Shown one piece after another: positions 1-13,344 of a DNA stretch of 64,000 nt. A program made the position numbers and the translations under genes. The notes below the pieces were generated by a model. That model made no database searches and was not told the DNA's origin. It was given only the letters and a program-made list of their open reading frames with translations. Within the stretch, counting starts at the first letter, position 1. Each line of letters begins with the position of its first letter. Origin of the DNA: Octopus vulgaris (Eukaryota); NCBI GenBank assembly GCA_951406725.2, contig OX597815.1, positions 134,912,001-134,976,000 on the forward strand, written 5' to 3'.

Positions 1-362
1 TGTCATTAGACTGGGGCCATGCTGGGGCACCGCCCTGAGGAATTTTAGTCGAACTAATCAACACCAGCACTTATTTCCTTTTTTAAGCTCGTTCCTTATT
101 CCATCGGTTTTGTTTGCCGAACAGCTAAGTTACAGGGGCATAACCGCGTGAACTTCAGATATCAAGCGGTGGGTGGGGGAGATAAACACAGATATTCGCA
201 CATACATACATTCATACACACACATGCGCGCGCGCGTCCGTCACTAAATCCACTCACAAGGCTTTAGCAAGAAAGCACTTGCCTAAAGTGCCATGAATTG
301 GAAGTGAATTCGGAACCATGTGGTTTGGAAGTAAACTTCTTACCATGCAGCCACGCCTGTGT
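1..362 (-). mobile_element. tRNA-derived SINE, family A (internal microsatellite, CR1-like 3' tail)
   Basis: Reverse complement matches the other copies in the window (e.g. 60852-61312): tRNA-like head GGCGTGGCTGCATGGTAAGAAG..., CCTTGTGAGTGGATTT body and GGCGGTGCCCCAGCATGGCC tail. Confidence 0.85.
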
Positions 363-3300
363 AGGCTGTATCCCCACAAAATCAGCTATTCGACCGTTTA
401 GCAAAATCTCAGCAACGCGTTTCATCCACAACCTTCCACACGCGCCGCTTTTGCTCCCACTGCTACAACGGCTTCCATCGACCTCGAACTCGATGGCTGC
501 ATGCACTCTTTTTAAATCCCCCACACCACCCTCAACACACTAATCAATCTTTTCCTCGTCTCTTCAACTCTGTGCTATATTCGCACTTCACTTTTCAATA
601 CTAAGCATCACCTCGTTCACATATTTCTGGCAGGCATTTATTTTCAAATACTTAAACAACGTTAGTTGCATCAGTATCGTTAGCACCTCTCTGACTTATA
701 CAAAAACATATTATTGGTAAGTGTATAGTGCAAAAGAATCACAAGAACTAGTTTTCAGTGACGCGACAATAACTAAATTTTGACATCGTCAATGTCATAT
801 TGACATATCACAGAAGAAAAAATAATTTACAATATAAAAAGGGAAAGAAATTTTTAGCATGGTAACATAATAAAAATAACCATTAGCATGGTAAAAATTT
901 GATTTGCATGGTTGAAACAGATAGGAAAACTTGCAGAAAAAATCCATGTATATATAATTAATGCGGTAGATATTAATGGACAACACAGGGTAGGTAAAAT
1001 AATTATTTGGAATGATGCAAAGAAAAAGAAAATAGTGAAATACGATGAGAAAGTTGTCGTTATTGACTCACGAAGAAAATCACTAACGAAACATCAAAGA
1101 TTTCATTAGCATAGTTAAAAAAAATATTTCAAAGCTCATTAGTAAGTCAGGATTTTTTTTTGGATTATTGATACCCGATTTTCTGCTATGGAATTGCAGT
1201 TAGCCGATTCGATAAAGAACCACTATTGACAACGTAAGTTTTCGCAATGCTTATCATCTCGCTTCCGTTGCGTGTGTCTGTGACAAAAAAAAAAAAGCAT
1301 TATCAACGATGGTCAAGTTCACTTATCTGGATGCACGAAGAGAAGTAAAACGTACCCCTGTAGGCAACAGCTACGTTGTGGAATTGAGTTGTTCGCTGTC
1401 TGGTAATGCTAAGTTGAAGTTCTCCAGCAGGAAAAAGGCTTCTTTTAATAAACTAGTGTCATATCTAGGAACGTATTTGTCCTTATCGTTGAGCTAAGTG
1501 CACTAAATCGAATGCTTAGGAGAGAAAAACAAAATACCTTGTTGGATATGTCATAGAAGCAAATATGAAACTCCAGTATTTGGTGGGGCATCTTTGTTTT
1601 AGAATAGCAAAGATGAATAACGTTCGAAAGCCCGTAGGGTATTCATGGGTTTTATACTTAATTCGTGCAGATAAGTGCAAAGGAACATCAACTGTCGTGT
1701 TCTAGGTGAGTTCATTTTGCCCATTTCCACTGACCAAAGTTTATAAGTGTTGAGAAATAGATCGAAGAGAAATTGACATCCAGACTATCAAATTGAGCCT
1801 CCGTATGATTCCTCACATTATATTAGAGTGTGCAATATGGCATGGCCTTCAGGTAGATCGAGGCCTCATGAAACTGGAGAATAAATCAATCCGTGGGTAA
1901 TGCCTAGGTGTTAAACTGACTAGATGTCTATCACAACACTTTTTGAACCGGGGATATACAATAATGTGATAAATAATAATGCCTTGGACATGCGGAAAGC
2001 ACAGTTTACTGTCACAGTAAATTCAAACCATCACAGAAACAATACCTTTATAACCACAGAATACTACTAAAACACTATCTTAAAAACTGTAATAACCGCT
2101 CTAGACAAACATGGAAAAAGAAAACCGTTTAGAAATAGCAGCGGCATCAGTTACCTCATAAGTCACAAATACAAGGCTTAGCTGCACACGGCCAGTTTTC
2201 TTTAGACTGCTATGTGACATAATGAACCAACTGCTTGACTACATTCCATACAAATATCCATTACATGTCGGAATGAGCTATACGGATACTTGACATATCA
2301 GGTACAATTAGTCTGTAGATTGCAATTATCGTTCGAGCCATAAATCTGCGCTTTCATAGCTGACCTGGGGTTATACATCTATCTACTCTCTCTCTTATGT
2401 AATGAGAATAGGTATTTGAAATATGGAATCTAATTTATCAGGTTACCAAAAAAGACCAAAAACTATTTAATATATTTCATCTTCAGCAGATATACAGTAG
2501 TGTAATCCTATATGCCTTCTAATAATTTACATTCTTGTAATTAAATATGCCTTGACATCTAGTTTAAATGTTGGTATGACTGAAACTTATAACAGTTATA
2601 TATGTAGAAAATGAAAGGACGCGGATCGGGAAGTAACTTGTTAATTGTTGTTGTTATTGTCGTCGACTTTTTTTTTTCCATTATTGTCCGTATACTCTAT
2701 GAGTGTCAACTTTTATAAATGAACAATAGTTTCAGGACACATTTCAACCAGAGCTGCAGTCATTGGCTGCACTATGTCATGCAGAGTTTGTATTTAGTGC
2801 AATGTGGGTAGTAAAAATATTTCGAAACTTGTTTAGCCTACTCTTAGTGATCTTTTCGTTTTGTTTTTCTTAGCAAGGAATGCAAAATGCGCCTAATTGA
2901 TGCTATTACTGAATTTCAAGGGATTAATTCTAGATGTATTTTCAGTAAATGGTTTTAAGGGAGAAAGATAATTAATATTGCACGCAAGAGATTTCTATTA
3001 AGCTAGATCATAATGACATAGCTAATGGCATGCAGATCAAATGATTTAGACAAAGTTCTTGACATCTTGGAGCTAGATCTAACTATAAGTACCCTATCTT
3101 TTGGAGATGAAAGTAACCCCTCATACATTCCTCTAACAACAAATCCCTTGGAAATACCAAAGGTTTACACCTTGGAGAAGATTCTTATCGCTTAATTGCC
3201 ATACTGCTTGATATCCATTTCTATTGAATTCAACGATTACCTTGGCCCCACTGATCTTTAACTACTCCCTTCAGCATCCAGGGTTGTAATCAGTGGTGCT

Positions 3301-3980
3301 AGAACTTGTCGAAGGTGGTTAAAATTGTCATTAACTCCATGTCATCCCTGGTCGAACAGACATCTGATCAAAAGTAGTACGTTCATAATATTCCATTCGT
3401 TCTTAGGTACAGAAGAGTATTCTGTTTCACAATGAACCAGAATAAAATTTTACGTAGATTCCCTATGTGTATTATTGTACTATCTATCACTGTACATCAG
3501 CGTTTTTTAAATTCTTTTTATTGAAGTATCATCTTTTATAAAAGATGATACAATTTATATTGGTGTATCATCCTTTCTTTTTATTGATATATCACGACCA
3601 GTGATAGTAGATATATTACATCCTACATCGATTACGGAAAACAAACTCCCGTAATTGCTTTTTCTTTATATAATAATCGATTAATGTAGCTTTCAAGGTT
3701 TCTGTTTTTCGCCTATTATCTTCTAATACTGTTTTACATATCAACAGCATTCTTATGTCTGTTGACTCGCTCTTTCTATTTTTATAATTAGTTTATAATT
3801 AATTTACATATGAATGTTAATAAATATTCCTAAACCTTCTAAGACATGGTCTATTCAGATGTACTGAGTGTTCAAAACTATACGAATCTCTGTAATATAG
3901 GTGCATTTGTTTTAGTTTCGAAGTTCATATTACAATGTTCTCCATTACACATCCGGTATATTTGATGGATTATTTTCCTT

Positions 3981-3982
<2 letters not shown>

Positions 3983-4050
<68 letters not shown>
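3983..4050. repeat. (CT)n microsatellite
   Basis: Perfect CT run seen directly. Confidence 0.98.
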
Positions 4051-4054
<4 letters not shown>

Positions 4055-5779
4055 ACTCACTCACACGAACTTCCTGTGCTACACACTCGCAAAAATTTAG
4101 TCATGGACAAATACAGCACAGGACTTTCCCTCTCACGCTACTTTTGAAAACCATGAAATGATGAAGCCGGTTAAGTAAGCGTAAATAAATTTTCTTAAAG
4201 CCTTCAAGCTTATTTTCAATTCGTGTTTTCTTTCTACTTCTAGTCGTGTAAGTAAAGTTATTTTCCTGTCCATATTTATCACGTTCGGAACGAAAACGCC
4301 TCCCGAATCTGATCGAAACGTTAATATAACGAGCAAACAAGTTTAAAGTAACAAACAAGAGTCTCCTCTAAATTCACACTTCTAACAGAAAAAAGGTTAT
4401 TAAATACAGAACTAAACCGAAAAAAAATCAACGAGGGAGAAGACCGAAGTCAACAAGCTGTGGTTAATCAAGCACTAAAACAATCATGTAAAACCATAGA
4501 GAATATAACGTTACGGAATCAGGAACAAAACTCGAAAGCAAAATAAAATAACAACACCTATTTGCAATATATTCAATTTAACCAAAACGTCACAACTCTC
4601 AAGTTCCCCTTTTCGAACATGTAAAAGGCGAAACATGAACATTTGATTTACACAAAACCGATTATTCTTCCCAAGAAATTACAAATTAAACCTAGTCTTA
4701 ACTTAGTCTTAATCAATCTGAACAACATAGAAAACCTAGAGAAGAATATTTTGGAGAAATTCAGAAAGGAAATAGAACGATCAAAACGAACTCCAATGCA
4801 CAAAAAAACGCAAATCAACTGAGGCATCGGAAATTTCATGATAAACCGAAGATCTAAAGTCAATATTGAAATGGAGTTAAACTTTGGAGGCAAGATTGGA
4901 ACAAAGTAGAATTAACACCTCTTCAGTGATGGGAGAAGAGCACCAGTTGATTCAGTAATTAAGAAACTGACTTCAAGAGAATTTCATACAATAATCCATT
5001 CTTGAAGAAAGCAAAAATCTTCAAACCACACTTATAAATGCAAAACAAGTACTGAAACGTCAAGTAAAACGTCTCTGCACATGCCTCGAAGAAGGCCAGC
5101 TTTGTTCATTTGTGAGATATTTGATTGCCATTTACATTGAAATTTGCTACAATACTCCAGGCTAGTCCCTGGCGTGTAGAGAAATTATGTTATGGTCAGA
5201 AACAAGGCATTTGAAGTCACGGATTTTCTTGATTGGAATAAATTAGCATATGGCTGGCTTTCACCCTCATTGATGGTTATGTACTCAGACTTCTTTGTAT
5301 TAAGAAACAGACTGACTTTGACTGCAATATTCTTAAGGGATATTACGTCTATTTGTGCCGACATAAAAAAAATGTCAGTTAGGTGCAAGGACCTATTGAA
5401 TCGATCCCTCCACATTAACAAGACGAATATGGTTGAATTCATCACAAAGGAAAGCTGAGATTAAGAAAAAACATTCGAGAGCAGGCCTTAATGTTTGAAG
5501 TTTTTAGTAAGGACCCTTTACTTTATTACAAATGAAGCGATATAGGGAAAGAGATCCGTGTAGAAACACAATCAGGAGATTTGAACATGTTATATCACTT
5601 AGGAGGAATGACTGTACTCATTTTTGGAGTCTACAAGACTGGTAGGTGAGAGGGAAGAGGGTATCGTAAATCCCCAAACCGGACCGGAGTACTTACATTA
5701 GAGTAGATTCCTGTAAATGAACCCGGTAGTTTTAAGCTGGATGATGGATTAAGTTTATTATTGAAAGAAGCCTAAGGTG

Positions 5780-5965
5780 ATGAGTTGGCAGAATCGTTAG
5801 CACGACAAGCATGTTTAGCTGCATTTATTCCGGCATTAGGTTCTACGTTCAACTTTGCCTTTCATCTTTTCGAGTTCCATAAAATAAACACCAGTCAAGT
5901 ATTGAGGTTGATGCAATTAACTAGCCCTCTACCCCAAAATCTCGGACCTTGTGTCTATAGTAGTG
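5780..5965 (+). mobile_element. tRNA-derived SINE, family B (Nin-like central domain), diverged
   Basis: GAGTTGGCAGAATCGTTAGCACG head and CAACTTTGCCTTTCATCTTTTCGAGTT...ATAAAATAAACACCAG core; matches the reverse complement of 7439-7667. Confidence 0.7.
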
Positions 5966-7438
5966 TGGATTATCTAGAGGCAATAGCAGAATTTGAACTC
6001 GAGTGCAAAGAGCCGGAGCAAATACTTCATTGCAGCCAGTACATTTCAATGATTCCACTGAACTTCTATCCTAGAATGGCATTTTATTAATCGACTCTGC
6101 ATAAATGAAAGTCAACATTAATCTCTAGGATTTGAACTTAGAACACAAGGAGCTGGAATAAATAACGCAAACCAATTGACCGCCTTATAGTTAAAAGGTA
6201 GAACCAACATGTACGAAGAGAAAGGGAGCGAAGTGACACACCGCTTTTTTTTTTGTTTATATATAGGACTATTTTATTCATGTTTTTTTTTTCTTAATTT
6301 AAGACGGTTGGTCGTGATATGAAAGTGATTCAACAGCTATTTTCAGCAGGTCGAGCTCTCTTGTGAAACACTGCAACCAGTAGACGTTCATTGACGTCAT
6401 CTAATATGAAGAAAATGTTGTTAGGTTGATCAGACTAGATCTGCCAGAAAAACAACCACACACACACACACGCACGCATGCGCGCGCAGATTGACAGGCT
6501 CGTACTCTTTTTCTTATACTTTCTTTTTCATTTCTTCAGAGATGGCTAATGTAAATGGCTGTGTAAGGTTTGAGTTGCGATGGGAGATGTGATAGATGAT
6601 GTAAGGAAAGGATGGCAGTCTTTCGATTTCCTATTCTATAGATATACTGACATAAGCTCCACTATAATGAGGATAGGTTGAAAAAACTTTGCTAATGGTA
6701 GGCTAAAAAAGTAACATGATAAATATTCATCTTGATAGAATGAATTATTTGTCCATTTTGATTAGAATTTAACAATCAACGGATATCTTCTTTTGCTATT
6801 TATTCTGTATATGCCGTATCTTTCGAAAGAAATCTGAATCCAAGTTGAATTTATTACCGTTATTGCCTACTTCTGAAGCATCTGAGCTATTTATCATAAT
6901 GCACCGAAACTTTAAAATCAAATTCACAATCATCTGACATTTCATTCGTTTAGAGCGTGTAAACAATCGTACATACAATTGTTGCTACTAAGAGTCATTA
7001 CAGGATTTTAAACACAAGATTATAACTACGGAAAGAAAGAGGTCAAACTGCATCATTGGTTAGAAAGTAAAGGTTGTAACTTCATGGATGACTGAAAGGC
7101 AAACAGAACAGTAAACTTGAGTATAGACTGAAAGAAATGGCGAATTCAAGCGGTGTCAAACAGCACCGATGCTGTTTGGCATTGTTTGAAGAAACTGTTA
7201 CTGGAAATTGTAATGATCTCCAGTCGACAACTGGTGAAGGAAAAAGTTCATGAGAAGAAAACTATAGGTTCATTGTTTACCTAAACATTATGTAGAAACT
7301 TTACACTACCTGTCTCAACCAGTTCCTCTAGGATCAATGTGAGTCCAGCAACATAGTGACTGATGAACAGGCAGGCAGAAAGAAAAGAGTGTGAAGTTGT
7401 TGCAGCACAACTTTTGACAAACAAAGCTACCCTATCTG

Positions 7439-7667
7439 TTGTTTTACTACCCACAAGGGGCTAAACACAGAGGGGACAAACAAGGACAGATATAGGTATT
7501 AAGTCGATTACATCGACCCCAGTGCGTAACTGGTACTTAATTTATCGACCCCGAAAGGATGAAAGGCAAAGTCGACCTCGGCGGAATTTGAACTCAGAAC
7601 GTAATGCAGACGAAATACCGCTAAGCATTTCGCCCGGCGTGCTAACGTTTCTGCCAGCTCGCCGCCT
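7439..7667 (-). mobile_element. Young SINE family B with 20-bp target-site duplication
   Basis: tRNA-like head (rc GGCGGCGAGCTGGCAGAAACGTTAGCACG...GAGTTCAAATTCC) and GTCGACTTTGCCTTTCATCCTTTCGGGGTCGATAAATTAAGTACCAG core. Flanked by AAACAAAGCTACCCTATCTG at 7419-7438 and 7668-7687. Confidence 0.92.
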
Positions 7668-8171
7668 AAACAAAGCTACCCTATCTGAAGTAAGAAAACA
7701 CCTTAGAATCTTTGTGGCATTATTGCACGATTATAGGTAAGAGTTCTATTCTATTTCCCACTCATGGCGGTTGAAGTCAATGCACTTGGCAAAATTACCT
7801 GCTACCTTAGTTATTGCCATTGAGAGGCTCACAATGACCTAAACAAACGATCATCTACAATGTTATGAATATTACAAAGGGGATTTTCCAAGGAGATAGT
7901 ATTTCTATAATACTGTTTATTTTGGCACTGAACCCATTATATCTGTTATAAAATCCAGGGGCAATATGCTAAGGTCTGCAACTGTCAGATATATCATTGT
8001 AAGCCTCAATTTCTTCCTGGATTTTTGCTAAGTGTTTGCAATGTTAAAAACCAGCTGGAATTAGGAACATTTTCAACTCACTTAAGAATGGAATTTAGCG
8101 AGAAGAAATGTTCGTATTACAATGTTGAACGTGAAAAATCAGTTACCCGGAAGCTGTGTACCGACGGTCTC

Positions 8172-8520
8172 TCTGTATTTCCTATTTTGACGGCGACCAT
8201 GCTGGGGCACCGTCTTGAAGGATTTTAGTCGAACAAATCGACTCCAGGACTTTTTAAGCCTTGTACATTTTCTACCGGTGAACGGCTGTTACGGAGACGT
8301 AAACACACCATCACCGGTTGTCAAGCGGTGGAGGGACACATACACGTGCGCGTGCGCACACATACACACACACACGGCGGACTTATTTCAGTTTCCGTCT
8401 ACCAAACTCGCTAACAAAGTTTTGTCGGCCCGAGGCTATTATAGAAGACACTTGTCCAAGAAGCCACGCAATGGGACCGGACCATGTGGTTGGGAAGCAA
8501 ACTTCTTACCACACAGTCAC
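8172..8520 (-). mobile_element. SINE family A, nested in the R4/Dong LINE
   Basis: Same head, body and tail as other family A copies; the R4 reading frame resumes at ~8521 (LNYLGIDE). Confidence 0.85.
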
Positions 8521-9486
8521 AATGCTAAACTACTTAGGCATTGATGAAGACATCTCATATAAAGGTGCTGTGAATAAAAATAGCGATCGGGAATATTACA
8601 ACAAACTTAGAAAAATATGGCAGTCGAAACTCTCCTCTTACAAGACAATCTCTCACAATGCATTTGCAGTACCAGTGCTAATACCAACATTTGGAATATT
8701 TGACTGATCTGCAGAGGAAATTCCCTCCCTTGACAATAAAACCCGCAAGATCCCGACATCAAATGGAAACTTCCACAGAAAGTGAAACTGACAGGTTTCT
8801 ATCTAATAAGAGATGAAGGAGGTAGAAGCTTGACATTAGTGCAGACAGTCTTCGAATGTCGTATGTTTCAGAAAGAATGTGCTAAACAACAGCAGCAAAG
8901 TAAATATACAAAACCCAGAGCTGAAAAGCGAAGACAACATTCTATGTGTTGGCAGCGGACTCCTCAGGAAATATTCTCTTCCTCACGATCTCCTAGATAA
9001 TTCTAAACTGCTGGACAAGAATACCTCAAAGAAAACTTGGACGTGAAATACTCAACATACTAAAAGGCTATGCATGTGTATGTTTCCTGAGGAATTGAAG
9101 AGAAGAGTAATATCGACATGAAGTGCATCTTTTCTTTGACTCGTGACTGCTCCAACCCATTAAACTTTGAAGGCGATATATTTGCGATCCAAAAGCAAGA
9201 TTGCTACAAAACACCTGATATTGACTTTGTTGTTGATGTGGGACTCCAGCTCAGTTTGTTGTCCAGAGTTTTTCCACCTTCAGCAGCACGAAGTTTTTCG
9301 CCAATCGATTCACTGTGCATAGATCAGATTGGATTTCTCTTCCGTCACAAACTCCCGATTACTTTCTGGATCATAGCCAACTGCAAAATTGTTATTTATA
9401 TCCTTAAATCCTTTAAAATGTTTTAGCCCGAAGGCCGCGGCCATGCTGGGGCACCTATTTTACTATGATATCATTTGTAATGTGAT

Positions 9487-10450
9487 TTATGTAAATAAGT
9501 AACATCGAACCAACACAGAACTATGGGGTACACCACTAATGACTTTTGCTGATCTTGAGTAAACTCTGTTGATCACGACATGCAAGGTTTTGTTTACTAT
9601 GAAACTGAAGTCAAGATATGACATAAGTGATGGAGTTTTCCCCAGAACATTTGAAATGTCAAAGTATTTAAAATGGCGACATTTTAAATATACAGAAGCT
9701 ATGTCAGGCAATCTCTGCTACCACAGAAACCAGAGATTAGCGAGAGTAGATATAAGATGTTATCTGCATTCCTTGAGAATACAGCGAGGAACCTATGAAA
9801 GCTTACAGGTGAATTGATTTTAATTTTATATACTGCTGCAATGATGTCCGCACTGGAAGGATATAGCGTCAGGAAGGATATACTGAGGCTTTACTTCATT
9901 AATGCTGGTTATGTTAACAGCATTAGAATCATTGAAAACAGCAGTCTTGTTTCTATAAAATCGCCTCTATTTCTTATATCTTTGGTATCATTATGAAGAA
10001 TGTTGCTTTCATCACTCAATAAGCTCGGGGATGAAACAGTTTCCTTAAGCTTTTTTGCAATTGAATAGAATACTTTAGGATTGTGTCTATTTTTTCAAAG
10101 GTTCAATCTTCTACAGCGGCCCCACCCACTTTTATTTTATAAAAGATCACATATACCCCTAGAAATTGCTTTTCCGATTGTAATGTTGTTATCGCCCTTG
10201 AGGAAGAATATTGCCACTGGCAATATCGCTGACTATTTTGTAAGTTCCCTTCCTTTACCTGATGAGTGTTTTTCTCACTTGAAAGCTTGTATTTATTTTT
10301 GTTCGTGGGTCATCATAGAGTTTGTTTGTAGATATGTAAGTAACTGTGTCCTCAAAAATATGCAAAGATATTTTAACATCGGAGCAAGTGAAGACCAGTG
10401 AACCAGCTACTTATCATTCATAATTGTATTCAAGTTTGCTTTTGAAACGA
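9487..10450 (-). mobile_element. Degenerate CR1-group LINE reverse transcriptase fragment
   Basis: ORF 9487-9711 contains VVINRVYSRSAKVISGVPHSSVL, resembling the VxSGVPQGSVLGP RT motif. The upstream extent is approximate. Confidence 0.6.
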
Positions 10451-11034
10451 GCAGTTGTCGCCCTTCTGTTTTGGATTTGTAATATAATTCCGGATGATAA
10501 TACATATTAGAAGTTATAATAAATTCGCGTCTCTAAAGCAGTTTAAGAGAGAGTTCTATATTTGGTCTTCTAACCCACCAACCCAGGATTTCTCTCTCTG
10601 CCTTTCTCTCTCTCTCCCTCTGGTATATACATAATTAATAGCGATAAAAACAGTATTAATACCAAGGGGTAATATTTATCTCTCATTTTAAGTGGCCGTT
10701 GTTTTAGAACCCAGAATACTTGCGTCATATACCATGAGAAGACCTCTTATATGGACTTGTAATCCACTACGCGACACCAGTGTTTGAATAGACACTGGGA
10801 TTCTATATATTGTTATCAAGAGAATCGGTTGCTATGTCAAGACGGACGTCTGTTATTGACAAGGTCAAACAAAGCCGAAATCACGTGTTCTTGCAGTTTT
10901 AACGGCCATAGTGGACGGTTCTCACCCGCCAGCTATATAAGCATTAGTGCTTTTATGCACTACAAGTTCATATGAGAGATGCCTCCATTGTAAATAACGC
11001 AGTATTGTGTGTTCTAATAAAACATTCACTTTAA

Positions 11035-11185
11035 GCGGCTGTTTGGTGAGTAGCTTGCTTACCAACCACATGGCTTCGGGCTCAGTCCCACTGCGTGGCA
11101 CCTTGGGCAGGTGTCTTCTACTACAGCCATGGGCTGACCAAAGCTTTGTGAGTGGATTTGGTAGACGGAAACTGAAAGAAGCCTG

Positions 11186-11190
<5 letters not shown>
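11035..11190 (+). mobile_element. SINE family A, 5' half
   Basis: GCGGCTGTTTGGTGAGTAGCTTGCTTACCAACCACATGG...GGCACCTTGGGCAGGTGTCTTCTACT...GGAAACTGAAAGAAGCC, ending in (TA)n. Confidence 0.85.
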
Positions 11191-11231
<41 letters not shown>

Positions 11232-11233
<2 letters not shown>

Positions 11234-12514
11234 TATTATCTAAAATTCTGACTGCATACTTTTTCTCAATATGCAATATCTATATACCACTTCAAACACA
11301 TTTTCTATTAAATTTTACAGTATTCTAAATGTCAAATGGTATTGAGACTCATATGAATTTGAAAACATTTAACTTATAATTTTTTTTATAGAATAAGCTG
11401 ACTGAATTATTTATCAACATTAACCCCTCAAAGATGGACCTATCGAAGGAACATTTAACTTTATGAGTTCAAAAAGGGAAACAGCAGAATCAACCCGAAT
11501 TAGACATTCTGTTTATCAGGAAGAATGCTTGAATAAAAGAAGTTGCAGAAGATGGTTTGCAAAGTCCGAAAATGGTGATTTCAGCCGAAGAGAGAGGCCA
11601 CAAAAAGGATGCCCTGTTGAATTTGATGATGAACCTCTTTTGTCAGAGCTTGAGGAGGATAATGTTATGTCAGTTGAAGAATTGGCAAGCAAGCTCAATT
11701 CAAGCCATTCAACTGTTCACTGTCATCTTCAACAGCTTAAAGAGATACACAAACTCGGAAAATGGGTTCCTCGTGATTTGACAAAGCGAATGAAAATCAC
11801 GAGTAGACATCTGCTCTTCTCTTCACACTCGTGAACGTAACTTAGCATTTTTGGACAGATTAGTAACTGGTGATGAAAAATGATTTTTTATGAAAATATT
11901 AAGCGATGCAGCCAATAGCTTAGTTGTGGAGAACAGGCTAAACCACAACTCAAAAAGGAAATCTATGCAAAAAAAAAAAGGTTCTTCCTTCTGTTTGGTG
12001 GGATTGCATTGGTGTCATTCACTTTGAGCAGCTACCAACTAATGCAATAAATACTACTCACACCTATTGCTAACAATTAGAGCATTTGGATGCTTCTTTG
12101 AAGAAAGAAAGGCTTTCTTTGGCGAATAGTAAGGAAGTGGTGTTTCATCATGATAATGCAAAACACTGGGCTGTAAAGATTACATCAGAAAAAAATCAAA
12201 GAACCTGGCTGGGAAAATATCCCTCGCCCGCCTTATTCCCCGGACCCCGCTCTTTCTGATTATCATTTGTTTCGAAGCTTAGATGAATTAGTGTGCAAAA
12301 GCCCGAAAGAGGTTGAAACTGTCATCTCTTCCTTCTTCTCATCAAAACCAAAATAGTTTTTCACCAATGGAGTTTAAAAAACTGATTAGTAGATGGAAGG
12401 TAGTCATCGATAATGGTAGGAATTATATACCTGATTAATTTTTAATAAAATGTAAAATTATATGACTTGTTTCCTTAACAAAAATTCGGACATTACTTAT
12501 GGGATGACCTGATA
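11232..12514 (+). mobile_element. Mariner (DD34D) transposon, near full length, transposase pseudogene (~11434-12438)
   Basis: Motifs RRWFAKSENGDFS, LGKWVPRDL, LDRLVTGDEK, VWWDCIGVIHFE, VVFHHDNA and PPYSPDPALSDYHLFRSL, with frameshifts and stops. Right TIR-like CATTACTTATGGGATGACCTGATA ends at 12514. Confidence 0.92.
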
Positions 12515-12524
12515 GATATATTCA

Positions 12525-13101
12525 TTTCTACTCTAGACACAAGGCCCGAAATTTTGGTGGAAGGAGCCAGTCGATTAGATCGACCCAGTACACAACTGGT
12601 ACTTAATTTATCGACCCCGAAAGAATGAAAGGCAAAGTCGACCTAGGAGAAATTTGAACTCAGAATGTAAAGACAGACGAAATACCAATTTCTTTACTAC
12701 CCACAAGGGCTAAACACAGAGAGAACAAACAAGGACAGACAAACGGATTAAGTCGATTATATCGACCCCAGTGCGTAACTGGTACTTATTTAATCGACCC
12801 CGAAAGGATGAAAGGCAAAGTCGACCTCGGCGGAATTGGAACTCAGAACGTAGCGGCAGACGAAACACCTATTTCTTTACTACCCACAAGGGGCTAAACA
12901 CAGAGGGGGCAAACAAGGACAGACAAACGGATTAAGTTAATTACATCGACCCCAGTGCGTAACTGGTACTTAATTTATCGACCCCGAAAGGATGAAAGGC
13001 AAAGTCGACCTCGGAGAAATTTGAACTCAGAATGTAAAGACAGACGAAATACTGCTAAGCATTTCGCCCGGCGTGCTAACGTTTCTGCCAGCTCACTGCC
13101 T
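12525..13101 (-). mobile_element. Three head-to-tail copies of SINE family B
   Basis: Three repeats of the TCGACCCCGAAAG(G/A)ATGAAAGGCAAAGTCGACCT...GAACTCAGAA...GACGAAA block, at ~12525-12688, 12689-12870 and 12871-13101. Confidence 0.92.
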
Positions 13102-13344
13102 TGATATATATACATATATATATATATATTGACTGCGACTTCGATGTTTCAACTTGTTTTGAAGTTACTGTCGCTATTCTTGAGAAAAAGGAATAAATAT
13201 GTATTCTACAAAAACGTATGGAGTAATTCTTCAGTTTCATGAAAATTGTTTTATTGTGATTCGACATAAAAACAAACGTGTATGTGTGTGTTTTGGAAAG
13301 ACAGTTTTGTCGAATTTCAAGTTGGGAAAGAAACAAATAATTGT

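Larger units (their letters stand above)
7050..9215 (+). mobile_element. Degenerate R4/Dong-clade (RLE) non-LTR retrotransposon, RT region, interrupted by two SINEs
   Basis: Frame-broken translation gives NYRFIVYLNIM*KLYTTCL, EQAGRKK..QLLTNKATL, DYR*EFYSISHSW, KGIFQGDSISIILFILALNPL, YLGIDE..EYYNKLRKIWQSKL, HNAFAVPVL, LDNKTRK, YLIRDEGGRSL and FEGDIFAIQKQ. These motifs are collinear with R4/Dong RT and downstream motifs. Confidence 0.85.

Noticed and set aside
4100-5190. A-rich relic ORF-like region with GAAACGT motifs
   Set aside because: No recognisable protein motif and no consistent HHR stems; probably a TE relic but unassignable.
10255-10295. CTGATGA-GTG...CAC-TTGAAAG as an HHR
   Set aside because: Extra nucleotides precede GAAA, there is no stem I or III, and it lies antisense in a decayed LINE.
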